A DNA stretch of 64,000 nt from Candidatus Delongbacteria bacterium. GTDB taxonomy: Bacteria > UBA4055. Made by a program: the position numbers and the translations under genes. The stretch covers positions 1,734 through 65,733 of the forward strand of contig JAFGUZ010000169.1 of NCBI GenBank assembly GCA_016938275.1, in the 5' to 3' direction. Position 1 is the stretch's first letter. Every line of letters begins with the position of its first letter. This document shows positions 20,256 through 29,849 of the stretch, piece by piece. The notes under the pieces are model-generated. The model was given only the letters and a program-made list of their open reading frames with translations. It made no database searches and had not been told where the DNA came from.

Positions 20256-21045
20256 TTGCTATAAAACTCTCAATTGAGTGTGAATTAGAAAATTGATAAT
20301 CAAAAAATTCTGAAAATTGTTTAGAGAACTCTGCATGTTCAATACTGACTGTTGTTTTTGTAACATTTGTTCCAGCTGTAACTTTATTTTCTAATGAAAT
20401 GAAAGTTAATTCCTGATCAAAAATTATCATTTTTAGAGGAACATTACTCATTATTCTTACTTCAGCACCATCTTTTTCAAACAATCTCAATGTATTAATC
20501 AATTCTTCGTCATAATTATCATGCACTTCAAATATAAATTTATATTTTATACCTTTTGTAAGTTTGGTTCCATTAGCCTTAATTCCACTAATTAAGCCAT
20601 CGTAAGGTGATTGATGATATGCTCTAATGATCTGTTTTACATCAGCATTTAATTGTTTTACTTTTTGAAAAATATAGTTTGGATCTTTCAGTATTTCTAC
20701 AAAATCTGATTCTTCATGTTCTTCTCTAAATCTATTATAAATTTGATCTAAAGAATCTGCTGTGTTTTTCAGTGCTACAATTTTATCTTCCAAATCTTTA
20801 TTGATTGAACTTAAACCTAGTTTTGGAGAAATAGCTCTGAATCTTTTAAATTTACCTACAGCTTTAACAACAAGTCCTTTTTTCTGTAGATTTTCTATTA
20901 CATAATAAATTTTAGTTCTTGGTACTCCTGATAGATCAGATATCTCAGTAGCACTTAAATCAATTTTCTTTAAAAGAGTATAGTATACTTTTGCTTCATA
21001 TTCAGTAAAACCAAATTTTATTAGTTCTTCGATATATTCATTCAT
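20242..21045 (-). CDS. TrmB-family transcriptional regulator
   Basis: FGFTEYEAKVY...SGVPRTKIY...L..KGLV TrmB wHTH; GGAG RBS places the start at 21045 rather than 21264. Confidence 0.88.
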   Translation of the reverse strand: MNEYIEELIKFGFTEYEAKVYYTLLKKIDLSATEISDLSGVPRTKIYYVIENLQKKGLVVKAVGKFKRFRAISPKLGLSSINKDLEDKIVALKNTADSLDQIYNRFREEHEESDFVEILKDPNYIFQKVKQLNADVKQIIRAYHQSPYDGLISGIKANGTKLTKGIKYKFIFEVHDNYDEELINTLRLFEKDGAEVRIMSNVPLKMIIFDQELTFISLENKVTAGTNVTKTTVSIEHAEFSKQFSEFFDYQFSNSHSIESFIANFNR

Positions 21046-21250
21046 AGTTTCTCCGATTTGTACTTGACAAATAAAATAAATATTAAAAAAAATGAAATAA
21101 AAAAATGATGATTCTCGATAAATGAATAAAATGTAGGATAAGGAAGCTAAAAAAATCATCAAGGATACTTTATAACCAGATATGATAATATACTTGCTAG
21201 CATTTCTTATATTGTATAAATTCCATGCAAAATGATCTATGGAGTAAAAT

Positions 21251-21760
21251 GTGGAAAATAACAAAACTGATAGAATTATATCTTACTCTGCTATTGTCAT
21301 AGCATTAGCTTCAATAATTATTTCTATCTGGCAAGGGATTGAAACTAGAAATCACAATAGACTATCAGTAACGCCTAGATTAAACATAACATATCATGCT
21401 AAGTCAAACGAAATTAAATTCAAAGTCAAAAATAATGGATTAGGTCCTGCTTTGATAAGAGATTGTACTATTTCATTTGATGGGAAAAAATATAAATCAT
21501 ATGGACCAAATGAGCTTTATAAATTTCTAGAATACCTAGAAATTGAAGGTATTCTAAATTTTTCAATTATTGGTGAATCATCTTTAATACCAGCAGGCGA
21601 GGAAGAAAATCTACTTATATTTTATTCAGATTCTCTAAGCGAAGAGATGCTCCTTCATACTTTACCAAATTCATTAGGTTTTAAAATAGAATATTCATCC
21701 ATGTATGACGAGCATTTCACTTCTACAAATGATGTTTATGATGAATTGGATGAGAATTAG
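21251..21760 (+). CDS. Hypothetical single-TM protein
   Basis: GGAG RBS, N-terminal TM helix, NNGLGPA motif. Confidence 0.7.
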   Translation: MENNKTDRIISYSAIVIALASIIISIWQGIETRNHNRLSVTPRLNITYHAKSNEIKFKVKNNGLGPALIRDCTISFDGKKYKSYGPNELYKFLEYLEIEGILNFSIIGESSLIPAGEEENLLIFYSDSLSEEMLLHTLPNSLGFKIEYSSMYDEHFTSTNDVYDELDEN

Positions 21761-21785
21761 CAATACTATTGTTTTTATCTATACA

Positions 21786-21825
21786 GGAACCTGCTCGAAA
21801 ATGCTAAATTTTCGAACAGATTCCT
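21786..21825. terminator. Hairpin between convergent genes
   Basis: GGAACCTGCTCGAAAAT...ATTTTCGAACAGATTCC imperfect inverted repeat. Confidence 0.55.
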
Positions 21826-21924
21826 ATTGTTATAAATCTTAACATTGAAATTATTGAAAGAATGAGCTTTTTAGAAAAATACAATAATAATCTAAATAGT
21901 ATTTTTCAATAATTCCAGTCAATC

Positions 21925-22749
21925 CTATTTCTTATCGATTCCTTGTTTAATATGATCTGGTAATACAGAGTTTACGTCAATTTCATTACCGTAATATTTT
22001 CTTACAATATCTATATATTCTCCATTTTCAACAATTTCTTTTAAACCTTTTTTGAAAGATTGTATAACTTCATTATCTTCTTTCTTAAACATAAGACTTG
22101 AGTTTGCTACAAAAAAAGGAGTTTCAACAGCTTCAAACTGTTCCGTAGATTTTGGAAATAATTCTTTAATGATATCCCATCCCGCTAAATCAACAGCAGC
22201 AACAAAATCAACTCGACCGGCTTCAAGTTTTCTAAAATTCAATTCAATATCACTTACATAATCGAGATTTAGTCCTTTTTTTTCTAAAGTTGAAACAGTA
22301 GAACTACCTCTAACCGTTCCAATTTTGTATTCTTTAAGCTCTCCTAAATCAGAATAAGATACACCATTTGGAAAATTACTTTTTTTATAGAAAAGAACAA
22401 ACCTTATAAGATGCAAATCTACAGCTTCCACTAAGTCAAGCTTTCCTGATGAATCAAGCCACTTTATAGTCCCTACTAATCCGGTACTACCTTTATCAAA
22501 CAATGACCATGAAGCTCTTGTCATAGGGACATACTTCAATTCAATGTTTTCATCAGCTTTTTTAAAAGCTTTTTCGACAATCTCAATCGAAAAGCCTTTT
22601 TTGCCATCAGATGAAATTTTTTCTATCTGAAACGGTGGATAGTTTACAGCAGAAATGGAAATTAACTCTTTAGATTCCAATAACGGAACTAAAACCAATG
22701 CCAGACTTACAAAAACTACATAAAATAATCTGCTCATACGATTCTCCAT
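21925..22749 (-). CDS. Solute-binding protein family 3
   Basis: YPPF, IGTVRG, LEAGRVD and NGEY..I..KY motifs; signal peptide. Confidence 0.85.
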   Translation of the reverse strand: MENRMSRLFYVVFVSLALVLVPLLESKELISISAVNYPPFQIEKISSDGKKGFSIEIVEKAFKKADENIELKYVPMTRASWSLFDKGSTGLVGTIKWLDSSGKLDLVEAVDLHLIRFVLFYKKSNFPNGVSYSDLGELKEYKIGTVRGSSTVSTLEKKGLNLDYVSDIELNFRKLEAGRVDFVAAVDLAGWDIIKELFPKSTEQFEAVETPFFVANSSLMFKKEDNEVIQSFKKGLKEIVENGEYIDIVRKYYGNEIDVNSVLPDHIKQGIDKK

Positions 22750-22823
22750 TTTTTTAATGTTTTCTTCATTAGGAATTTTGCTATAAAAAAAATATACACT
22801 TTTCTTAACTTCTATGTCAAGCT

Positions 22824-25151
22824 TTATTTCTGATGATCACTTTTCTCATAATTTTTCAAATCCTGGATTCTCTCTAAAAGATCATCCCTTTTAAACAACT
22901 TAGCTTGTTCCTCTAATCTTATAATTTTCCTTTTATTTATCTTTCTTTTTTTTATTGTTAGATTCAGTTCAACCTCCTCGATCTCTACCTCGCAAATTCT
23001 GAACAAATCATGATTTATTTTAAAATGTCGTTTACAGTTTCTTAAACATTTAAATGCCATATCATAATGATTTAAACCCTTATAGGCATAAAACTTACCT
23101 TGATATGCTAAACCTACAAATAGAACTTCATTATTTCTTTTTGCCAGTTTTAATTGTTTATCAAAATATAAAATAGCATTACTATAATGTTCTAATTGCA
23201 ATGAGCAGATACCTAAGTTTGTTATAGCAGTAAACTTCAATCGTATATTATCAATATTTTCAGATAAATGAAGCTGCTGATTAAATCGATTGATCGCTAT
23301 TTTATATTTTTTTTTACTTAAGTAGACCGCTCCAATATTTCCCATAGCAGTTGCTATAAATTCGAGATTTTTCATATTTGTAGAAATCTCAAGATCTTTT
23401 AAATGACACTTAAGAGCTTCTTTATATTTTTTTAAAGACATCAAACATATTCCTTTTATCCTATAAGCAATTGCTCTCCCAATGTCACTCTTAATTTTTC
23501 TACTAATTGATAAATAATTATCAGCATACAAGATACTTTGGGTATAATCATTTTTTCGTAATGATAGCATTGCTAGTTTACTTAAACTCTCACCTTGAAG
23601 TTGAAGATTAGTGTTCTTATAACCTAGTTCAATCAATGGTTTATAGTATTTTTCTGCTTCATCGATATTATTTCTAAACAAATAGAGTCCACCAATTCGA
23701 CTAAGGACTGTTGCTTCTAAAGAATAATCTTCTATCCTTTTGGCTACCTCTCTTGCTTTCAAAAGATAAAATCTACCCTTTTCTGTCTCTCCAATTGTTA
23801 AGAAATATGTTCCTAAATTGAGTTGTGCAAAATATAGATCTTTAGGACGATTATATTGCTTTGACAATGTTTCAAGCTTTAGAAAAGTATCTATTGATAA
23901 TTGTTTTTGGCCAGTTTTTTTATAAATATTTGACAAATTTGAATAACTCTCAATTTTTAAGTCTATACTATCTTCAGCACAATTATTTATACAATCAATA
24001 TAAAAGCTTTGAGCTTGAGTATAGTTTAGTTTAATCTCATTGAATTTTGCAGAGATAAAATAATATCTCGTTGAAGTTAAACTATTTTTTTTGATCCACA
24101 TCTTATATATGATCAACATTTCTTCACAAATATCAAATTTTTCATTAAAAGAGGCTTTTTCAATTACAAGAGAAAGTAGAAGTTCAAATTCTGGAATAAC
24201 ATACTTATTCTCAATTAAATAACGAAAAATTGGAATATACATTTTCAAAGATAAATTCATTGCTTTTGTTTCTAATTCAGTAGTTAGATATATTATAAAC
24301 TTACGAGCAAATTTAAAACTCATGGAAAATCGTTCAAAGTTTAGTCTCTCAAACAAAGGTAAACACAACTTAATATCTCTATAATTCACAAACTTGTTAA
24401 GATTAAACTTTAAAATTTCAATAATTGAACTAATTCTTAATTCATTCAAACTCTTAAAATTCAATTTACTAATTAGATGTTTTAAATCCAGATAATAAGA
24501 ATTTTTAAGTTTAACTTTTATTGGAGGAGAGTTTGTATAGTTTGATACAATATTATAAAAGGGACCACTACTTTTTGCATAATGAAAGAATCTTCCCATA
24601 CCAACTTGTACCTTATCTACATGATCAAAACCGTTTAACAAAGTGGTATTTTTAAAGACATATTCAGCAAAATTAGCATTAGTTTGAGAGATGTTTTCAT
24701 TTGTAAAACCAATAATTATCGTATCACTTTTTAAATTGTGAGCTATTTGTATATATTTATATAAACTTTGCACTTGCAAAGGTACAGTATTAAATTGAAT
24801 AACAACTGAATTTACTTTGTTATCTTCTGAAATATATTGAGAAATCTTTTTTAAAACAGTAGATTCTGAAGCCTCAATTTCAAACTCGTCAATTATTTTA
24901 CTTGCACTCCATTTTGGATAAACTGTTTTTGCTGTGATAATTGTAGAAACTATATCATCAGATAAAGAAGAAGGATGAGTTTGTAGTAGTCTAGACTTTG
25001 TTTTCAGTCCAAATTCACCTTCAAGTTTATATCTTTTCACCCATTTTGAAACACTAACTCTAGAAATTTTATATATTTCAGCACTATAAGTGATACCTTT
25101 TTCTAAAGCAGTCTTTACTACTTTGTATCTTAGTTCTGCATTTAACTTCAT
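22824..25151 (-). CDS. Transposase-like HTH fused to TPR array
   Basis: N-terminal ISRVSVSKWVKRYKLEGEFGLKTKSR...HP...YPKWSA (IS481/IS3/IS630-like HTH); C-terminal TPRs (NLG, GNIGAVY). Confidence 0.7.
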   Translation of the reverse strand: MKLNAELRYKVVKTALEKGITYSAEIYKISRVSVSKWVKRYKLEGEFGLKTKSRLLQTHPSSLSDDIVSTIITAKTVYPKWSASKIIDEFEIEASESTVLKKISQYISEDNKVNSVVIQFNTVPLQVQSLYKYIQIAHNLKSDTIIIGFTNENISQTNANFAEYVFKNTTLLNGFDHVDKVQVGMGRFFHYAKSSGPFYNIVSNYTNSPPIKVKLKNSYYLDLKHLISKLNFKSLNELRISSIIEILKFNLNKFVNYRDIKLCLPLFERLNFERFSMSFKFARKFIIYLTTELETKAMNLSLKMYIPIFRYLIENKYVIPEFELLLSLVIEKASFNEKFDICEEMLIIYKMWIKKNSLTSTRYYFISAKFNEIKLNYTQAQSFYIDCINNCAEDSIDLKIESYSNLSNIYKKTGQKQLSIDTFLKLETLSKQYNRPKDLYFAQLNLGTYFLTIGETEKGRFYLLKAREVAKRIEDYSLEATVLSRIGGLYLFRNNIDEAEKYYKPLIELGYKNTNLQLQGESLSKLAMLSLRKNDYTQSILYADNYLSISRKIKSDIGRAIAYRIKGICLMSLKKYKEALKCHLKDLEISTNMKNLEFIATAMGNIGAVYLSKKKYKIAINRFNQQLHLSENIDNIRLKFTAITNLGICSLQLEHYSNAILYFDKQLKLAKRNNEVLFVGLAYQGKFYAYKGLNHYDMAFKCLRNCKRHFKINHDLFRICEVEIEEVELNLTIKKRKINKRKIIRLEEQAKLFKRDDLLERIQDLKNYEKSDHQK

Positions 25152-25271
25152 TAAAATCCCATCAGAATCAATTTAGATAATGTAAACTTAAAATATCAAA
25201 ATTTCATCTATAATTGTTTTCATTCTCATTAATTTTATATTCCATGAAAAGAAAATAAAAAAGGAGTCGAT

Positions 25272-26882
25272 ATGAAAACAATAATCCTAATCTTACTTCT
25301 AAATGTTGTAAGCAATATGTTTGCTTCTCAGAAGGGTGAGATAACTCTATTTGAAGAAAATTGGGAAAGTTACCCTGAAGAGGTTTTACCCTTACCTGAG
25401 TATGACCCAAACTGGAAAACAATAATTCACCCTAATGGATCTTATTTTGGTATATGGGCAATTGCCCATGGAGGTACTAGATCTGTTTCCCATTCGACTG
25501 TAGGTCAAGTTTCTGGAAGTCCAAGAGATTGGCTAATTTGTAAGAAACCTTTGGTAATTCCAGAGTATGGTGGAGAATTATCCTTTTGGGCATTATCTTA
25601 TGAACCTCAAAACATAGAAATAAGAGTTTCTGAGACAGTTTATACAGATACGACCGCATTTTCAAGTTATCTATTCAATGAGTCATTTCAGTCCGCTTCA
25701 TTTGCAAAACAAGTGTTTGATTTGACTCCATATGCTGGAAAAACAATCTATATTGCCTGGAAAAGAAAAGGTCCATATGGTTATGCACATGGATCAAATT
25801 GGATTATAGATGACATAAAAATGATTGGGTACACTGAAGATCTTGAAGCTCCAATTTGTGAATATATTACTGGAAATATTGGTCTTGTTGGAAAATCTGT
25901 TTTTTTAAGAGCTAAGATGAAAGATCAAACTAATATCGAATCAGTTTATGGTAGAAGTGAGATTAATGGACAAGTTTCAAGTGATATACTTCTCAGTGAA
26001 AGTGAGCCAGGTAGTGGTGTATATATATTTGAGGTTCCTTACGTAGATGGTGAGTATACAGGATCTGTAAAATTTATTACTAGGGATACTTTAGGAAATG
26101 AAGGAATAACTGAAAGTTTTGAAATAAACTGGAAAAACTATCTTTTATCTGAAAATTTTGAAGATTTGTTTCCTCCTATTGGTTGGTACAATAATGGTTG
26201 GAAAAAAATGAATCAATATGGAGCAAACAATTCATCATGTGCATACAGCAATTACTTAGATGACGGAGAACTTGAATCATCACCTATTAAATTAACAGAT
26301 GATATGCAACTAAGTTTTTATTGTGCGAATAGGTATCTTTATAAGAATTCAAAAATTGAAGGAATAGACACATTGTTTTGTGAACTAAAAACTATAGGTG
26401 AAGATGATTGGACAATTGTAACTATTCATTCTCCTGAAACTCCAGATGAGTCTCATGTGAAATATGTTATCGATCTTAGTCCAGTGAGTGGAGAGGAGAT
26501 TATTCTTCGTTGGAGACACTCTACTAATGGATCATTTCAAGCCGAAGGAGCTCTTGTAGATAGTATTCTAGTTTATAAGAATAACACAACTGCAATTGAT
26601 GATGATGTTACATTTGCAAATACAGCCAAAATAATTGGAGCTTATCCGAATCCTTTTAATCCTACGACTACAATTTCTTTTGAAACTTCAATGAATGGAA
26701 ATGTTAGATTAACAGTTTTTAACTCAAAAGGAGAATTTGTTTCTGAATTAATTAACAAGAATCTAAATAAAGGAAATCATAAAGTTAATTTTGATGCTAC
26801 TTCATTACCTACAGGTGTTTTTTACTATACACTGGAAACGCCTTTCGAGAGTTTAACGAACAAAATGGTATTGGTAAAATAA
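25272..26882 (+). CDS. Secreted cleaved-adhesin-like protein with T9SS-type CTD
   Basis: AAGGAG RBS, signal peptide, DWLI...DL..YAGKTIYIAW...IDDI; AYPNPFNP...KMVLVK. Confidence 0.85.
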   Translation: MKTIILILLLNVVSNMFASQKGEITLFEENWESYPEEVLPLPEYDPNWKTIIHPNGSYFGIWAIAHGGTRSVSHSTVGQVSGSPRDWLICKKPLVIPEYGGELSFWALSYEPQNIEIRVSETVYTDTTAFSSYLFNESFQSASFAKQVFDLTPYAGKTIYIAWKRKGPYGYAHGSNWIIDDIKMIGYTEDLEAPICEYITGNIGLVGKSVFLRAKMKDQTNIESVYGRSEINGQVSSDILLSESEPGSGVYIFEVPYVDGEYTGSVKFITRDTLGNEGITESFEINWKNYLLSENFEDLFPPIGWYNNGWKKMNQYGANNSSCAYSNYLDDGELESSPIKLTDDMQLSFYCANRYLYKNSKIEGIDTLFCELKTIGEDDWTIVTIHSPETPDESHVKYVIDLSPVSGEEIILRWRHSTNGSFQAEGALVDSILVYKNNTTAIDDDVTFANTAKIIGAYPNPFNPTTTISFETSMNGNVRLTVFNSKGEFVSELINKNLNKGNHKVNFDATSLPTGVFYYTLETPFESLTNKMVLVK

Positions 26883-26906
26883 AATTTTATCATAACTCAA
26901 TGCGAC

Positions 26907-26940
26907 AAAGATCTGATCTTTACAAGTTCAGATCTTTTTT
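26907..26940 (+). terminator. Intrinsic terminator
   Basis: AAAGATCTGA...TCAGATCTTTTT. Confidence 0.65.
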
Positions 26941-27142
26941 ATTTGGTTTTAATGAATTGATATCAAACCCTAATCTTTGGTTGCCAAGCTTCAAACAACA
27001 AAATGAAGAGTCTTATTAGGGAAAATCTCATTAGATCTAGCGATATCAATTAAACTTGAAAAAAGTTAAGTTAGCCTTACTATGCGTTATAGTTATCATC
27101 TGTGTAACTCGTTTCATGCTAATTTGTTAAACATATTGCGTA

Positions 27143-28645
27143 TTATTTTCTGAAACGACTTTTTTTTGAGACTTTACTTCTATCTTCAAAAACAACCATA
27201 TCCGTATCTTCCAGATATGTATCAAAATAGAAGTTATTGGTATTATCATTATATTTCTTTAAAGTTTTTTCAATACGATGAAGAGACTCTTCCATCATAA
27301 GTATTAAATTTGATACTTTTATATCAAAGTTCAATGAATTTGTATATGATAAAAAAAGCTCTAAACTTCCTTTTAAAATTGAAAGAGGTTGATTAAGCTC
27401 ATGGTTTGTAGTTGCTATCATTGCCAGTACAGAATTTCTCTTTTCAAGTCTTACAATCTCTTCCTGAGATTGAATAAGTTTTCTATTTAATTCTTCAAGT
27501 TTAGCAACCAAATCTGCTAACTCTATATTCTTAAGTTTGAATACTTCAGATTCAGCTTTTGCTAATAAAGTTTCGTTTTCTTTATTCTTTAGATCGAATT
27601 TAATCTGAAGTTCCTCAATTATCCTATTTTTTGATTCCTCCTGTATAATCTGAGATAAATCGAAACCATCTTTAAAATATTGTAAAGAGTTCGTTAAATC
27701 TTTTTTTAGTTCATAACATTCCGATAAATTCATATAAAGAGACATTTGAAGATCTTGATAATGGTTTTCTTCTGAAATTTTTTTGCTTTTCAAAAAGTAA
27801 GCTATTGACTCATCATAATTTTTCAAAAATTTTTCCACAAGGCCCAAACTTCTATAGCCTATTGCCAATGTTCTTGGATCACCAATAATTAAATATAATT
27901 TGAGAGCTTTTAAATAATATTTTCTTGCAGTTTTAAAATTTTCAGTTTTCAATGACAAAGCTCCAAAATTTGTAAAAATTGCTCCCTTTATTCTTATATC
28001 AGAAGTTTTCTCTACTATTTCAAGTGCTTCAGCGAGGTAATTTTCTGAGCTCTGGTAATCGTTTTCATCTTTACACAATAAACCTAAATTGCTAAGTGAA
28101 GATGCTATAGATGTTAAATCATCAGCTTTTCTTCTGAGTTCTAAACTTTTGACAAAACATTTTTTTGCTTCGTTAAGTTTTTTCTGATGCCAATAAACTC
28201 TCCCAATTAGATTCATGGTTAATGCGAATTTTTGAGTATCATTTTCTTTACTCTCATAAAAATTATAAGCTTTATAAAGATTTATTAAAGCTGATTCGAT
28301 TTTATTTTGATCAGTCAAAATTCGCCCAAGAATATTAAGCGAATCACCATAATATTCATAAATTTCAAGACTTTCACACAACTTGATTTGCTTTTCACAA
28401 TAAGTAACAGAATTTTGAATATCCCCATTTTCGAAATAATATTCACCTAACTTGTTAAGTATAATTAGATAGGTTCTATCGTCACATAACTTCGATGATA
28501 ATGATTCGATATGTAATAAAATTGAGTAATAGTTTTTATGTGTTTTATTACTTACATTCTCGAGATAGTTAATAATTATTTTTTTATTTTTTGAATAAGA
28601 ATCCTCTTTCAGTTCAAGCAAAATATCATTGTTTTCTAATGTCAT
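27143..28645 (-). CDS. TPR protein with C-terminal HisKA (DHp) but no ATPase domain
   Basis: TPR repeats, coiled coil, H-box NHELNQPL; no N/G boxes before the stop. Confidence 0.75.
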   Translation of the reverse strand: MTLENNDILLELKEDSYSKNKKIIINYLENVSNKTHKNYYSILLHIESLSSKLCDDRTYLIILNKLGEYYFENGDIQNSVTYCEKQIKLCESLEIYEYYGDSLNILGRILTDQNKIESALINLYKAYNFYESKENDTQKFALTMNLIGRVYWHQKKLNEAKKCFVKSLELRRKADDLTSIASSLSNLGLLCKDENDYQSSENYLAEALEIVEKTSDIRIKGAIFTNFGALSLKTENFKTARKYYLKALKLYLIIGDPRTLAIGYRSLGLVEKFLKNYDESIAYFLKSKKISEENHYQDLQMSLYMNLSECYELKKDLTNSLQYFKDGFDLSQIIQEESKNRIIEELQIKFDLKNKENETLLAKAESEVFKLKNIELADLVAKLEELNRKLIQSQEEIVRLEKRNSVLAMIATTNHELNQPLSILKGSLELFLSYTNSLNFDIKVSNLILMMEESLHRIEKTLKKYNDNTNNFYFDTYLEDTDMVVFEDRSKVSKKSRFRK

Positions 28646-28865
28646 AGTTCATCCTATTAGTAACTATTAATTTAATATAACTGCAATTCTACTTTTTTAT
28701 ATTTAAATTGTTCGAGGCTTCAATCATTTGTTTTAAAAGAGATGCAACTTTCAACCAGATGATATCAATTGTTGTTTTCAAGAATTATGTGAAATAATAA
28801 AAAATCATTAATTTCACTCTTAAATATTTCTCTCAGTTTTATAAAACTACAAAAAAACTAAATTG

Positions 28866-29318
28866 TTATTTTTTCATTTCTTCTGAGTTGATTGATTTTT
28901 TTATCATTTCAATAATCTTGATCGCTTTATACGCAGATTTAATTTCTAAATATTCACTTTTTTTATTATTTACTTGGTAACTCAATACGTGACGCATTAC
29001 TTCTTCATAATCATCTAAAAACAAAGTTTTAATTTCCTCTTTTTAGCCATTTTCATAATATATTTCAAATTCTTCAGTTTTTTTTCTCCGTAAGAGACAT
29101 GAAACATTAATAATCCTTTCTCATACATTAATTCAAATCCAACAATAAATGGTGAGTTTTTGGGTAAGTTAGAAACACTTTCTACTATTAATAATTTATT
29201 ACTTTCCTCAAATTTAAAAATACTTACTACAATAGATTTTTTATCTATATCAACACCTTGAGTAAATAATTTTTAAGGAACTCCAATTGTTTCCAAAATA
29301 AATTTGATATGACCACAT
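28866..29318 (-). pseudogene. Eroded coding remnant of unknown function
   Basis: Coding-like minus-strand frames broken at A-tracts (about 29272 and 29082) and by a stop codon. Confidence 0.35.
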
Positions 29319-29437
29319 TTCTAAGAACGAGGTGTGATTGGACCAATGATTCAATTTTCGGGTCATGATCAGATGACTGAAATCGTTTGATCAACCTTTT
29401 TTGTATTGAATAGAAGATTCTTTATTAAATAAATGCA

Positions 29438-29770
29438 AAGATATCTTGCACCAGCGTAGGTTTATCCTCGCAAAGAAAGGTAATATCTGATGCCAGTCAA
29501 ATGTTAAATCATTTAAATGTAAAAGTAACGATAATCTTTTCAAATAAAAGCTCTTGGTTTATTTTAAGATGGATAGAAACAGAGGTTGAGCTAGCAAAAC
29601 TAGCCGTTTTCAACAGCTACCCCCTACATATTGTAAATTAAAATGTAAAATTCTGTTCTCTGTTCCGTAAAAGCTATTTCCTCAAGGCTGATAAGCTCAG
29701 CTGTTCAACCTTTTTCTTTAAAACTTTATTACAAAAAAGGCAACCCCATTACCAGCGATGAAATCGCTGG
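29438..29770 (+). repeat. Dispersed structured non-coding element, copy A
   Basis: Aligns by eye with the reverse complement of 63635-63842; ends in the CCAGCGATGAAATCGCTGG hairpin. Confidence 0.8.
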
Positions 29771-29849
29771 ATTATTTCTCATTTTTTTTAATAAAAAAAT
29801 AATATTTTATTACATAATTTAGTTAAAATGTTTGGAATGCAATTTTTTA

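Noticed and set aside
21046..21264. Hydrophobic N-terminal extension of TrmB
   Set aside because: AT-rich intergenic sequence; the RBS and domain start support ATG 21045.
29480..29535. Hammerhead ribozyme suggested by CTGATG in repeat copy A
   Set aside because: The core reads CTGATGCC (CTGGAGCC in copy B) rather than CUGANGA, and there is no properly placed GAAA.
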